Assembly (NCBI GenBank): GCA_964540655.1
Contig: CAZINR010000001.1
Coordinates: 5,067-69,066, forward strand
Length of the DNA: 64,000 bases
Reading direction: 5' to 3'
Source: an uncultured archaeon
GTDB lineage: Archaea; Altiarchaeota; Altiarchaeia; JAFGQM01
Shown here: one piece after another, positions 27,436 through 36,863 of the stretch
Layout of the letters: the number at the start of each line of letters is the position of its first letter
Position numbering within the stretch: position 1 is the first letter of the stretch
The notes under the pieces: model-generated
Seen by the model: only the letters and a program-made list of their open reading frames with translations
What the model was told of the DNA's origin: nothing
Databases searched by the model: none
Made by a program: the position numbers and the translations under genes

Positions 27436-28659
27436 TTAAGGCCCATAACCTCTCTTTAAGGCCTTTACCACGTTGAACTCCAGGCGGTATCGGGGGTCTA
27501 TCCTGCTCTTTATCTTCCAATAGACTTCAGCCAGTACGGCTTCATTGTCCACCCCGAAGTCGTAGACGACCACATGTATCCCATCCCTCTGTATCGTGAT
27601 GTCTCCAAGCCCCAAATCCTGATATTCTGGCTCGGAGAAGACCTTGGATATCTCCTTTGCCGGGGCGCTGGTCACTATGTTTTCGTAGGTGAACCATATC
27701 AGGGGTATGGTCAGTATCACTATCAGGACTAAGCCGTATCTCACTATCCTGCTTACTGTGTCTTGGGTTATGTGGTAATCGTAAGCCAGATGTATGTGCT
27801 CCCTCTGCGGCCCCACGAACCAGAAAACGACGACCATTGACAGGACTATGGCCAGCATGGTTATGATTAGCAGAAGAAAGCCCCCGAAGACCACGAACGG
27901 GTTGAGGAAGACTACACCAAGACCTATTCCGCACATCACGGGCAACAGAGCTGCCGCGATCATGACGCCCACTATGCTGGAACCCCTCCCGCTCACGAGG
28001 ACGTAGCCCCCGGCCGCGCCGGCGGCAAGGCCTATGAACAAATCGAATATTGTCGGCAGCATCTTAGTCTGCAGTTCAGGGGTGAGCTCCACTCCCGGCA
28101 GCAGGAAACCCATCGCAGCAGCGGTCGCGACAGCGAGTAGCATTCCCATCAGCTCCGCCTTGATGCCGTCCTTGAACAAGTCCATCCGGTTCACGACCGC
28201 ACCCACGGCCACGCTGGAGATGGGTCCGAACGCGGGGGCTATTATCATAGCCCCGACCAAAACGGCTATGTTGTTGGTTATGAGCCCCATCGTTGCGACA
28301 ACTGCCGAAAAAAAGAAGAGGGCCAGGAATTTCGAGTCAGCATAGGAGTTCTGTTCGGCGTACTCTATTATGCACTCTTTAGCATACTTCTCATGGGTCT
28401 TCTTCTCCTTGTCTTCCTCCCGGGGGTAGATGGCATCGGGGCGCGATATTATTATGCTCCTCCGGTCGTCCCCCTCGAAGTCGAATTCCTCCCGGAGCTT
28501 GTCTATTATGCTGTCTGTCTTGTCAAGGGGATGTTTCACTATCAGAAGGTCGCCGGTTTCCGACTTCATCAGATTGAAGTCCCTGACCTCCAAATCCCTG
28601 ACTATCCTGGCAGCAGTCTCCCCCTCCCCCGGCGCAAGATAGACCTCGATAATCTGCAT
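27436..28659 (-). CDS. DUF389 family membrane protein
   Basis: 407 aa; N-terminal soluble part then multiple TM helices with Gly-rich segments (GLAAGAAGGYVLVSGRGSSIVGV), typical of DUF389/TIGR00341. Confidence 0.55.
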   Translation of the reverse strand: MQIIEVYLAPGEGETAARIVRDLEVRDFNLMKSETGDLLIVKHPLDKTDSIIDKLREEFDFEGDDRRSIIISRPDAIYPREEDKEKKTHEKYAKECIIEYAEQNSYADSKFLALFFFSAVVATMGLITNNIAVLVGAMIIAPAFGPISSVAVGAVVNRMDLFKDGIKAELMGMLLAVATAAAMGFLLPGVELTPELQTKMLPTIFDLFIGLAAGAAGGYVLVSGRGSSIVGVMIAAALLPVMCGIGLGVVFLNPFVVFGGFLLLIITMLAIVLSMVVVFWFVGPQREHIHLAYDYHITQDTVSRIVRYGLVLIVILTIPLIWFTYENIVTSAPAKEISKVFSEPEYQDLGLGDITIQRDGIHVVVYDFGVDNEAVLAEVYWKIKSRIDPRYRLEFNVVKALKRGYGP

Positions 28660-28694
28660 CTTGTTTATAAGGAGAGGGTCGTTAAAAATATTTA

Positions 28695-29801
28695 ATGGTG
28701 TTGCTACAACTTGTGCTGCTGGCCGGACTGCTTTTGGTACTCATAAAGAGCAGCGATTATTTCGTCGAATCCGTGGCGCGGATTGCGGAATACCTTGGGA
28801 TTTCGAAGTTCGTGATAGGCCTTACGGTCATAGCGCTTGGAACATCCCTCCCGGAGCTGGGCTCTTCGGTAATGGCCTCTTTCGCAGGGCAGACGGAACT
28901 GGCAATAGGCAATATTCTGGGTTCCAATATCGCTAACATAGGCCTGATTCTGGGCATAAGCGCCTTCTTCCTGAACATCAAGACGAACCGGCAGATATTC
29001 CTCAGAGACTGCATAATACTCATGGGCATATCTCTCGCTTTCTCCCTCTTCGCTATAGACGGCACCATCTCATTACTGGACGGGCTGGCGATGCTGGCGA
29101 TGCTGCCGATGTATATAGCCTATCTCTTCCATTTCAGGCCCCAGTTCAGAAAGCACGTCTACAAGCTCACTAAATATCTGGCCCTCTCCCATCGTTTCAG
29201 CCGCATAATACACTTCGGCGTCCCGGAGGTGTCGGAAAAGGAGGTGGAGAATGAGCTGAAAAAAGAGCCCTTCGAGGATTTCGTAGGCAAGGGGTTCGAT
29301 CTGGAAGGCTACAAGAGCGTAAGGAATAGGGTATCCTTATTCAAGAAGGGCATAATCAGGGATGCATTCATAACGGTACTAAGCGGAATATTCATCTACA
29401 TCAGCGCCAAATACCTTATTCCGGTTGCCGTTGACCTGGCGATGGAGCTGGGGGTGACCCAGAACGTCATAGGCGCCACGCTCATAGCAGTAGGAACCTC
29501 CGTACCCGAGCTGTTCGTCTCAATATCCTCTCTCAGAAAGGGCTTCGACAGCATGCTGTTGGGCAATGTCATAGGCTCTAACGTATTCAACTTAGCGCTG
29601 GTCGGCGGACTGTCGGCGGTAGTGCATCCATTGAATATACTCCAGGGGACCCTGCTGTTCTCCATACCCTTCATGATAACCATGACGGGGGTTCTCGTCA
29701 TATTCGTCAGGACGGACTGGAAGATAAAGAAAATTGAGGGGATGAGTCTCTTAGCCCTCTACTTGATATTCTTGTACCTGCTTCTCGCGAGCAGGTTTTG
29801 A
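28695..29801 (+). CDS. Ca2+/Na+ (cation) antiporter, CaCA family
   Basis: Two alpha-repeats GTSLPEL and GTSVPEL in a 368-aa polytopic protein. Confidence 0.8.
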   Translation: MVLLQLVLLAGLLLVLIKSSDYFVESVARIAEYLGISKFVIGLTVIALGTSLPELGSSVMASFAGQTELAIGNILGSNIANIGLILGISAFFLNIKTNRQIFLRDCIILMGISLAFSLFAIDGTISLLDGLAMLAMLPMYIAYLFHFRPQFRKHVYKLTKYLALSHRFSRIIHFGVPEVSEKEVENELKKEPFEDFVGKGFDLEGYKSVRNRVSLFKKGIIRDAFITVLSGIFIYISAKYLIPVAVDLAMELGVTQNVIGATLIAVGTSVPELFVSISSLRKGFDSMLLGNVIGSNVFNLALVGGLSAVVHPLNILQGTLLFSIPFMITMTGVLVIFVRTDWKIKKIEGMSLLALYLIFLYLLLASRF

Positions 29802-29836
29802 GACCCTTAAAAAAGCGACCAAGGACTTAAATAAGC

Positions 29837-29924
29837 ATTTTTATACTTTTACATTGTATAATATCCGGCGGGGTGGTAAGTGGGATGCCTTTCCTCCAGT
29901 TGGCGTTCTTTTTCTAACCCCGCC
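29837..29924 (+). promoter_or_regulatory. TATA-like box plus long leader hairpin upstream of aRF1
   Basis: atttttatac at 29837-29846; 8-bp inverted repeat ggcggggt (29867-29874) / accccgcc (29917-29924) enclosing about 42 nt, in an untranslated region of about 140 nt. Confidence 0.25.
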
Positions 29925-30009
29925 ATCTCATTCTTCTTTAAGGCCGTTATGCACCCATCCAATCCCAGCCGCCGCCCTTTTTGTCAAACCTGGTTCAAAA
30001 CTACACCGC

Positions 30010-31104
30010 ATGGATAAAACCAAGTACAAGATAAGGAAGATTCTGGAGAAGCTGAACGGCGTCAGGGGCAGGCACACCGAGCTCATAACAGTCTACATAC
30101 CCCCCGACACCGACATAATCCAGGTGATAAACCAGCTGTCACAGGAGCAGGGCACCGCCTCCAACATCAAGAGCAAGCCTACCCGCAAGAACGTCACCGA
30201 CGCCCTCGAGAAGATAATCCAGCATCTGCGCCTCTACAAGGAGACGCCCAAAAACGGGCTGGCAGTGTTCTGCGGCAACGTCTCGGAGAGGGAGGGGCAG
30301 CAGGATATAGAGCTTTGGGCGATAGAGCCCAGCGAGCCGATATCGGTCAAGCTCTACAGATGCGACCAGGAGTTCGTGACCGGACCCCTGGAGCAGATAC
30401 TGGCCCCGAAGAACAGGTACGGACTCATCGCCATCGACAACAAGATGGCCACACTTGGGATACTGAGGGGGGGGAACTACGAGGTACTGACCAAGCTCAC
30501 ATCCGGCTATTCCGGCAAGCATCGGGCCGGCGGCCAAAGCCACAGAAGATTCGAAAGGCTCATAGAAGAAGAGTCGCACAACTTCAAGAAGCGGGTGGCG
30601 GAGCATGCCGCGAAGGCTTTCCTCCCCGATATCAAAGACCTGACGGGCATAATAATCGGCGGGCCGGCGGGGACGAAAGACGAGTTCGTCGAGGGCGACT
30701 ACCTACACTACGAGCTCAAGAACAAGATAATAGCGGTCAAGGACATCACATACACCGACGAATCCGGGATAAGGGAGCTAGTGAACGCCAGCAGCGAGGA
30801 TCTGAGGGAGGTGGAGACTTCGCAGCACAGGAAGAAGCTGCAGGAGTTCATGAAGGCTTTGATGAAGAGCCCGGGCATGGTCGCCTACGGGCTGAAGGAG
30901 GTCGAGAAGGCGATGAAGATGAACGCGGTGGAGACTTTACTCCTGTCCGAGAAACTCGACGACGATAAGATAGACAAGTTCATGGAGGAGGCCGAGACCA
31001 GCGGCACCGAGGTGGAAATAGTCAGCGACGATTTCGAGGAGGGCAACCAGCTGTGGGTGGCTTTCGGAGGGATTGCCAGCATTTTGAGATATAAAATAGT
31101 CTGA
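30010..31104 (+). CDS. prf1: Peptide chain release factor aRF1
   Basis: NIKS motif (ASNIKSKPTR) and GGQ motif (HRAGGQSHRRF). Start at the internal MDKTKYK (30010); the 52 upstream codons of the track ORF are low-complexity. Confidence 0.85.
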   Translation: MDKTKYKIRKILEKLNGVRGRHTELITVYIPPDTDIIQVINQLSQEQGTASNIKSKPTRKNVTDALEKIIQHLRLYKETPKNGLAVFCGNVSEREGQQDIELWAIEPSEPISVKLYRCDQEFVTGPLEQILAPKNRYGLIAIDNKMATLGILRGGNYEVLTKLTSGYSGKHRAGGQSHRRFERLIEEESHNFKKRVAEHAAKAFLPDIKDLTGIIIGGPAGTKDEFVEGDYLHYELKNKIIAVKDITYTDESGIRELVNASSEDLREVETSQHRKKLQEFMKALMKSPGMVAYGLKEVEKAMKMNAVETLLLSEKLDDDKIDKFMEEAETSGTEVEIVSDDFEEGNQLWVAFGGIASILRYKIV

Positions 31105-31112
31105 AATCCTGC

Positions 31113-32816
31113 TCAGGAATGCTCCTGATGCGCGCGCACCTCGTCCCTCAGTTCTTTTAGAATCTCCCCGAGCTCCTCAACGTTCACAGAAAGCATTCTT
31201 TCGTAACCCCCGTCTTTTGTATCGATAATTGTCGTCACCTTTCCATTACCTTCACCCACCCCTCCCAAGTCCCTTATGACCGAGTCAACTTCCTCTACGG
31301 ACGGTCTGCTGCCCGTGCCCTTGTAAGACAGTAATTTTCCAATTCCGCGACGCACATCTCTTAGACTGGGCGACATTCTGACTCTCGCATTTGAAGGAGG
31401 ATTCGCCCTCCTGCCCCTAGAACCCCTCAGTACCCTGTGGTGTTCCGAGAGCTTTTCCAGCAGGGTGTCAGCAGTCAGCATATCTCTCCTCAATGGCGGA
31501 GACCCGCCTTTAACCGGGCGGCGCATGCCTCCCCAAAGAGTGACTTGACCCTCTGAAAAATAACTATCATACAACCTCTTCATGCCTCTGACGCCCACGC
31601 CGTGCTTTCGGGCTATATCCGTTAGACTCGCTGCCCCCCTCCTGACCTCCTGGAAGTCTCCCTCCAAATCGGTCTTCAAATAATCAAAATATTTTTTGAC
31701 CTGCCCCTCGCTTAGCCCCGTCGTGCCGACATGCGATTTCTGGGACCATCTCCCCGAGGCCCTGCGCAGGATTTCTCTTCTTATCCGATGGCCATGCCCC
31801 TCTCCACCCTCTATTATCTCTCTCTGACGATCGTTTATGAGGCCGGCCTCATGAAGGCACATGGCGGCGGCCTCGTGTCCGCTCACAGAATATTTTCGCT
31901 TATACCATCGTATAACTTTGTCGGGGAAATGCTTAGGCTGGACCTCCAAAGCTTTGCCCCCAGCCGCCTCTAAAGCCTTCTTAGCTTCTTCTGCTCTTCT
32001 CTCAGGCGTCCACCTGGTCGTATGCTGCCTAAGTTCGCCCCGGCTGAAAGGCTCCAGCATAGCTCTTCTTGCGTCTCTGCGGTCACCGTGTATGCCGCGC
32101 AGGGTCCTGAAATGTTGGGGTATCGCCCGTATGGACTCCACCCTCTTCAATATTCCCGGTCTGTTACTCCTAGGGACCCCTACCATCCCCATGGCCCCCT
32201 CCGGGTCGGTCCTGAGCAGCTCGGCAAATCTTTTTTCATTGCTTGCGGACCCGCGCTCCGGCCTGCCTATGAGTTTCCAGTAAAGGGCTCTAGCGTATCT
32301 CCGCTCAGCCTTTTCCAAATCCGCGACGCTCAATTCATGGGGGCCCCTGGCTTCTCCCCCCCATATATGCCGTGGCATGTAACCTCTGACTTCGGAGACT
32401 GCCCTAGTGTAATCTTTTAGTGCAGATCCAAGTTCCTTTTCATTGGGGGGCGTTGACACGTTCGGATTGAACACATGCTTCATTGCGCCCATCTGTCGCA
32501 GACGGTGGACTCTTTCACCCCATTCCTGGCCCAACGGCGGCCCCCCCTCGACCAACCGCACCCCCGCCACTTCACTAGGGCTTTCCCTGCCTGCGATAGA
32601 TTCTTCCAGAGAAGACCTCAGATGTCTCTTCAGAGCTTCGGTCCTGTTTCTCAGAGTAGTTTCGGCCAGATGCCTCCCGAAGACCCTCCTGCCGAGCTCC
32701 AGCGTAGAAAGGTCTGGGCCGTGGTCTATAAGCAATTTGAGGGCACGTCGCCTGACTTCTACAGGGAAACTGGAATATTTTTTATATTCGCCCCCAGACC
32801 GCCGTCGCCTGGCCAT
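31113..32816 (-). CDS. Large Arg-rich protein of unknown function (567 aa)
   Basis: Uninterrupted 1.7-kb ORF in a high-GC context; no recognisable catalytic motifs; a possible HTH-like segment (SLTDIARKHGVGVRGMKRLY). Confidence 0.5.
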   Translation of the reverse strand: MARRRRSGGEYKKYSSFPVEVRRRALKLLIDHGPDLSTLELGRRVFGRHLAETTLRNRTEALKRHLRSSLEESIAGRESPSEVAGVRLVEGGPPLGQEWGERVHRLRQMGAMKHVFNPNVSTPPNEKELGSALKDYTRAVSEVRGYMPRHIWGGEARGPHELSVADLEKAERRYARALYWKLIGRPERGSASNEKRFAELLRTDPEGAMGMVGVPRSNRPGILKRVESIRAIPQHFRTLRGIHGDRRDARRAMLEPFSRGELRQHTTRWTPERRAEEAKKALEAAGGKALEVQPKHFPDKVIRWYKRKYSVSGHEAAAMCLHEAGLINDRQREIIEGGEGHGHRIRREILRRASGRWSQKSHVGTTGLSEGQVKKYFDYLKTDLEGDFQEVRRGAASLTDIARKHGVGVRGMKRLYDSYFSEGQVTLWGGMRRPVKGGSPPLRRDMLTADTLLEKLSEHHRVLRGSRGRRANPPSNARVRMSPSLRDVRRGIGKLLSYKGTGSRPSVEEVDSVIRDLGGVGEGNGKVTTIIDTKDGGYERMLSVNVEELGEILKELRDEVRAHQEHS

Positions 32817-32856
32817 GTACTCTTAACGCCCCAAGGCAGAAAAAGGCTAATGGATG

Positions 32857-34113
32857 CTAGGAGAGCTCCCCGATTAACTCGCTCTTCCTGGACCCGACGA
32901 TTTTTACGCTACAGGTCTTCCCCAGCAGATTCTTCCCCTCAACCAAAACCGGGCGGTAGAGCGAATTCCGTCCAACGAAGCACTCGCCCTTTTTGTCCGT
33001 GAAAGTTACATTACACGCCTTCCCGATCCAGTCTCTGTTCTTCTTTTTAACCATCTTGGAGAACAATTCTGCGACCTTCCTGCTGCGCGCGGCTATTGTA
33101 TCCCGGGGAAGCTGCTTCATCTCTCCCGCCTTCGTTTTCTTCCTCGGCCAGTATTTGGAAAGGTTCAAAAAGTCGGGGTGCGCGCGCTTCAGGAGCTGGA
33201 CGGTTTCCTGGAAATCCCCTTCAGTCTCGGTCGGGAAGCCGACTATGATGTCCGTAGAGACGGTCAGCTCCATGGCCTCCCTGAACTTGGATACAATTCG
33301 CAGGAAATCCTTTGTAGTGTAACATCGGTTCATGTCCTTCAGGACCTTGTCTGAACCGGATTGGACGGGGATGTGCAAGAACTTGAAAATCTTCTCGCTC
33401 TGGTAGATTTCAATCAAATCATCAAGGAAGCCTCGCATATGCGATGGATTCATCATACCTACCCTGACTCTGAAATCTCCCGGAATCTCAACTACTGCGC
33501 CCAGCAGTTCGGCCAGATTAGTGCCTATGTCGAAGCCGTAGCATCCGTTGTCCTGAGAGGTCAGCCAGATCTCCTTTGCCCCATCTTTGACTGCCCGGCG
33601 AATTCCATCCAATAGCGCTTCAGGATTGTAGGAGACCAGATTGCCGCGCGCGAACTTGACCGCACAATAAGAGCAAGAGCCTAGGCAGCCCTCTGATAGT
33701 GGGATTATCTCGATGAACTCGTTGTATTTCACTCTCTTGGGAAAGACCTTTCCTGACTTGTGACCCTTCTTGCCTATCATGGTCTGCCCCAAATAGTCCC
33801 TCACCACGCCCACGATGTCGAAGCTGTTTATGCCGAGCACCGCGAAATCCGGGAACCTTCGGGCCAGATGCGGGTACGCTTCCGGCATGCAGCCTGCGAT
33901 GATGACTCCTTTGCCCGCCTCCTGCAAATCCTTCAGTTTACGCAGAATCTTGTTCTCGGTCGGTCCTTTGACTATACAAGTATTTACCACCAATAAGTCA
34001 GGCTTTTCAGTCTCCAATTCGGGCTCGAATCCGGCCTTGGCTAGCAGAGTGGCCATCAGCTCAGAATCCGATCTGTTAACGGAGCACCCGTAGGTGAGGA
34101 TGCCTATCTTCAT
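32857..34113 (-). CDS. MiaB-like tRNA methylthiotransferase (archaeal e-MtaB/CDKAL1-type radical SAM)
   Basis: N-terminal MTTase domain (ILTYGCSVN...VNTC), radical SAM CSYCAV motif, C-terminal TRAM-like domain. Confidence 0.85.
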   Translation of the reverse strand: MKIGILTYGCSVNRSDSELMATLLAKAGFEPELETEKPDLLVVNTCIVKGPTENKILRKLKDLQEAGKGVIIAGCMPEAYPHLARRFPDFAVLGINSFDIVGVVRDYLGQTMIGKKGHKSGKVFPKRVKYNEFIEIIPLSEGCLGSCSYCAVKFARGNLVSYNPEALLDGIRRAVKDGAKEIWLTSQDNGCYGFDIGTNLAELLGAVVEIPGDFRVRVGMMNPSHMRGFLDDLIEIYQSEKIFKFLHIPVQSGSDKVLKDMNRCYTTKDFLRIVSKFREAMELTVSTDIIVGFPTETEGDFQETVQLLKRAHPDFLNLSKYWPRKKTKAGEMKQLPRDTIAARSRKVAELFSKMVKKKNRDWIGKACNVTFTDKKGECFVGRNSLYRPVLVEGKNLLGKTCSVKIVGSRKSELIGELS

Positions 34114-34847
34114 CAGGATTTCTTCTTGGAGGTCTTGGGTTTCTTTTTTGCTTTCTTTTCGGTCTTCTTATCTTCCTCTTTTTTCCCGGGCTCTTCGTAC
34201 TCGACCTCTTTGACGTCCAGGTACTTCTCGGCGTCCGCCTTGAACACCGCCTTCATGACTGGGTAATACTTGTCCTTCGACGTCTCCTCTGGGATCTTGA
34301 CGATGAGCTTCTTCTCGCCCTTCTTTCCGGAGGTTTTGAACTCCAGGGAGTCATCGCGGAAATCGCGCTCCAGGAGGAATCCTATCTTATCCCTCTCGGT
34401 CTTCGCCTGCGCTTCCACCTTCAGCTCGTACTCGACCTCCTTGCCGGCCAGCGGGTGGTTGAAATCCACTCTCACCCTGCCGCTCGAGACCGACTGTATC
34501 TTGGCTGGCCTGCCCTCGATTTGGAGCACCATGCCCGGGAACGGGCTGACGTTCTGCTTTTTGAAGTCTCGCATCGGGACCAGCTTTATGAGCTTGAAGC
34601 TCCTCTCTCCGAAGGCGTCTTTGGCCTCTAACTCAAGCTTCTTCTTCTCGCCGACCTTGAGCTTCTCCAATCCTTTGTCCAGGCCTGGGAGGACCATGCC
34701 CTCGCCGACTATGACAACGGCCGGCTCGTACTGCCGCTTCTCGTCGTAGGCGTCCTCTTTCTTCGCGGTCTTCTCGTCCGTCGTCTCTATGAGCTCCCCG
34801 TCCACCCGTCCGGTGTAGGAGACCTTGACGAAATCGCCTTTTTTCAT
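34113..34847 (-). CDS. Long-type FKBP peptidyl-prolyl cis-trans isomerase with Lys-rich tail
   Basis: FKBP domain with IF insertion (VKVSYTGRVDGELIETTD...VIVGEGMVLPGLDKGL) and a C-terminal KKxEKKAKKKPK tail. Confidence 0.8.
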   Translation of the reverse strand: MKKGDFVKVSYTGRVDGELIETTDEKTAKKEDAYDEKRQYEPAVVIVGEGMVLPGLDKGLEKLKVGEKKKLELEAKDAFGERSFKLIKLVPMRDFKKQNVSPFPGMVLQIEGRPAKIQSVSSGRVRVDFNHPLAGKEVEYELKVEAQAKTERDKIGFLLERDFRDDSLEFKTSGKKGEKKLIVKIPEETSKDKYYPVMKAVFKADAEKYLDVKEVEYEEPGKKEEDKKTEKKAKKKPKTSKKKS

Positions 34848-34889
34848 TGTTAGATGATGCGCAGTATTCGAAGATGGGCATATAAAAAA

Positions 34890-35363
34890 TCAGAATTTTA
34901 CAAAACGTGATTCCTTCGTATCTTTCTTAGTGTGCTCTGGATCAAAAACATGATTATCTATGCAAATGTAAACTCCTGGATTCAGACTCTTAACCTTTGA
35001 TATTGAATATCTCAAATTCTTAGGAGCATCGGAATTTTCATTCACGAGTGGCTGGAAAGAGCCTGTAAGTACGGCAGTCTTATCAGAACCGAGTCGCTGT
35101 TTTAGAAAACTTCCCGTCTTCGCTATCGTGTACGTGCCGTGTGTTATTATGACTTCGTCGTGTTCAGACTCTTCGATAATCTTCAGGATTTTATCCAAAT
35201 CGTGTTGGGTAATATTCCTACTATCCTTCATACAGACAATTTTGAAATCAGCATCTATGTCCTCTTCCTTAATGAAATTTGGTATATTAGATTCTTTGCC
35301 ACATACTAATCCATTACATGAATCTATGGTTCCGCCCGTAATTATAAACAGAATTCTACCCAT
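34890..35363 (-). CDS. Asparaginase N-terminal-domain-like small protein; AT-rich, probably foreign
   Basis: MGRILFIITGGTIDS resembles the asparaginase/GatD threonine-nucleophile motif (TGGTIAG); only 157 aa; gene GC about 38%. Confidence 0.4.
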   Translation of the reverse strand: MGRILFIITGGTIDSCNGLVCGKESNIPNFIKEEDIDADFKIVCMKDSRNITQHDLDKILKIIEESEHDEVIITHGTYTIAKTGSFLKQRLGSDKTAVLTGSFQPLVNENSDAPKNLRYSISKVKSLNPGVYICIDNHVFDPEHTKKDTKESRFVKF

Positions 35364-36440
35364 CTAGAAGTCCAATAGGATTCCCTCCATGACCTCGAGC
35401 ATCTCTTCGGCATCGCCCATGTGGACGTTGCCCATGTTTCCGACGCGGAAGCTCTCCTCCTTGAGCTTTCCGTAGCCCGAGCCGACGATGTAGCCCTTGG
35501 CCTTCATCTTCGCCAGGAGCTCCTTGGCGTTGATGCCCTTCTCCCCGGTGCTTATGCAGCTGAGGGTCTGTGACGCGTAATCCTGGTCGGGGAACAGCTC
35601 GAAGCCCATGTCCTCGACGCACCGCTTCTTGACGAAGTCGGAGACCTTCTTGTGCCGGGCCCAGACGCTCTCCAGGCCCTCATCAAAAATCAGGTCCAAC
35701 GCCTTCGACAAGCCGAATATTTGCGGCATCGGCGGCGTTGCCGGAGTGTTGTTCTTGAGATGGTACTTCTCCAGAAGCTTCATATCGAAGTAGTAGCCCT
35801 TGTTCTCCGCTTTTTCGGAGCGCTCCAATGCTCGCCCGCTTATGGACGCGCAGGCCAGACCCGGCGGGACCGCCAGGCACTTCTGGACCGAGAACAGGCA
35901 TACGTCGATGCCCCATTTATCCACATACAGTGGGGCCCCTGCGACCGATGAAACGACATCCACCATGCTGACAACATCATGGTCTTTGCAGACCTTGGCC
36001 AGCTCCTCCAGAGGATTCATGATTCCGGTAGAAGTCTCGTTGTGGACTATTGACACCGAATCGGCGTCGCTCTTCGAGAGCGCGGCGTCCAGCTCCTCCG
36101 GCAGGATGGCTTGCCCCATCGGCTTTTCCAGGACCTCCACAGCCTTCCCGTTGGCCTCTATGACCTGCCCGAAGCGTTTGGAGAAGGCGCCGTTCACGCA
36201 GATGAGCGCCTTTTTCTCGACCACGTTGCGTGCGCAGGACTCCCAGACGCCTGTCGCTGATGAGGGGTATATGAAAGTAGGATTCTCCGTCTGGAGGAGC
36301 TTCTGCACCTTCGGTGTCAGGCCGCTGTGCAGGTCCACGTATTCCGAGCTGCGGTGGCTGAACATCTGCTTGCCCATCTCCTCGCGCACCTCGTCTCTCA
36401 CATACACCGGTCCGACAGTGAAAAGCTTGGGGAAGTCCAT
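35364..36440 (-). CDS. Class V aminotransferase (serine-pyruvate/alanine-glyoxylate/phosphoserine aminotransferase family)
   Basis: 358 aa; fold-type I PLP enzyme with SVQKCL (PLP-lysine) and VHNETSTG motifs. Confidence 0.8.
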   Translation of the reverse strand: MDFPKLFTVGPVYVRDEVREEMGKQMFSHRSSEYVDLHSGLTPKVQKLLQTENPTFIYPSSATGVWESCARNVVEKKALICVNGAFSKRFGQVIEANGKAVEVLEKPMGQAILPEELDAALSKSDADSVSIVHNETSTGIMNPLEELAKVCKDHDVVSMVDVVSSVAGAPLYVDKWGIDVCLFSVQKCLAVPPGLACASISGRALERSEKAENKGYYFDMKLLEKYHLKNNTPATPPMPQIFGLSKALDLIFDEGLESVWARHKKVSDFVKKRCVEDMGFELFPDQDYASQTLSCISTGEKGINAKELLAKMKAKGYIVGSGYGKLKEESFRVGNMGNVHMGDAEEMLEVMEGILLDF

Positions 36441-36527
36441 CTTTAGAAATCGGTTAATTAGAAAGAGCCGGGATAAAAAGCGGCCCTATAAGATTAACTT
36501 TTTAACTCTTATCCCTATAACCATCCT

Positions 36528-36863
36528 ATGCCGCATATGCGTGGAGGGACGCACAAGTCTCAGAAAAGGACGGCTCAGCAGGTCTTCGCCCGACGCCGGG
36601 GCCTGATTGAGAAGAGGCTCGCGGGTCGAGAGAAGCATAGGGACAGGGCCCTGCAGACACTCGATTTATTCTGGAAGCGGCATGGCTCAGGCATTGCGAA
36701 TGAGGCTGCCAAACTGCTGGCCAACGCTTCGACTCACTCCCCTAGCGTTCTTCCGAGGGTGTTGGACGAGATAAAGGGGGCGAGCAATGGAGGGTCGGCA
36801 GAATTGCAGTCTCTGCTGTGGCATCTGAATCGTAGGTATGGCGAAGTCAGGAAAAGGCGCTAG
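36528..36863 (+). CDS. Hypothetical basic protein
   Basis: 111 aa, Arg-rich, convergent with purM with a 4-nt overlap; no family recognised. Confidence 0.3.
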   Translation: MPHMRGGTHKSQKRTAQQVFARRRGLIEKRLAGREKHRDRALQTLDLFWKRHGSGIANEAAKLLANASTHSPSVLPRVLDEIKGASNGGSAELQSLLWHLNRRYGEVRKRR

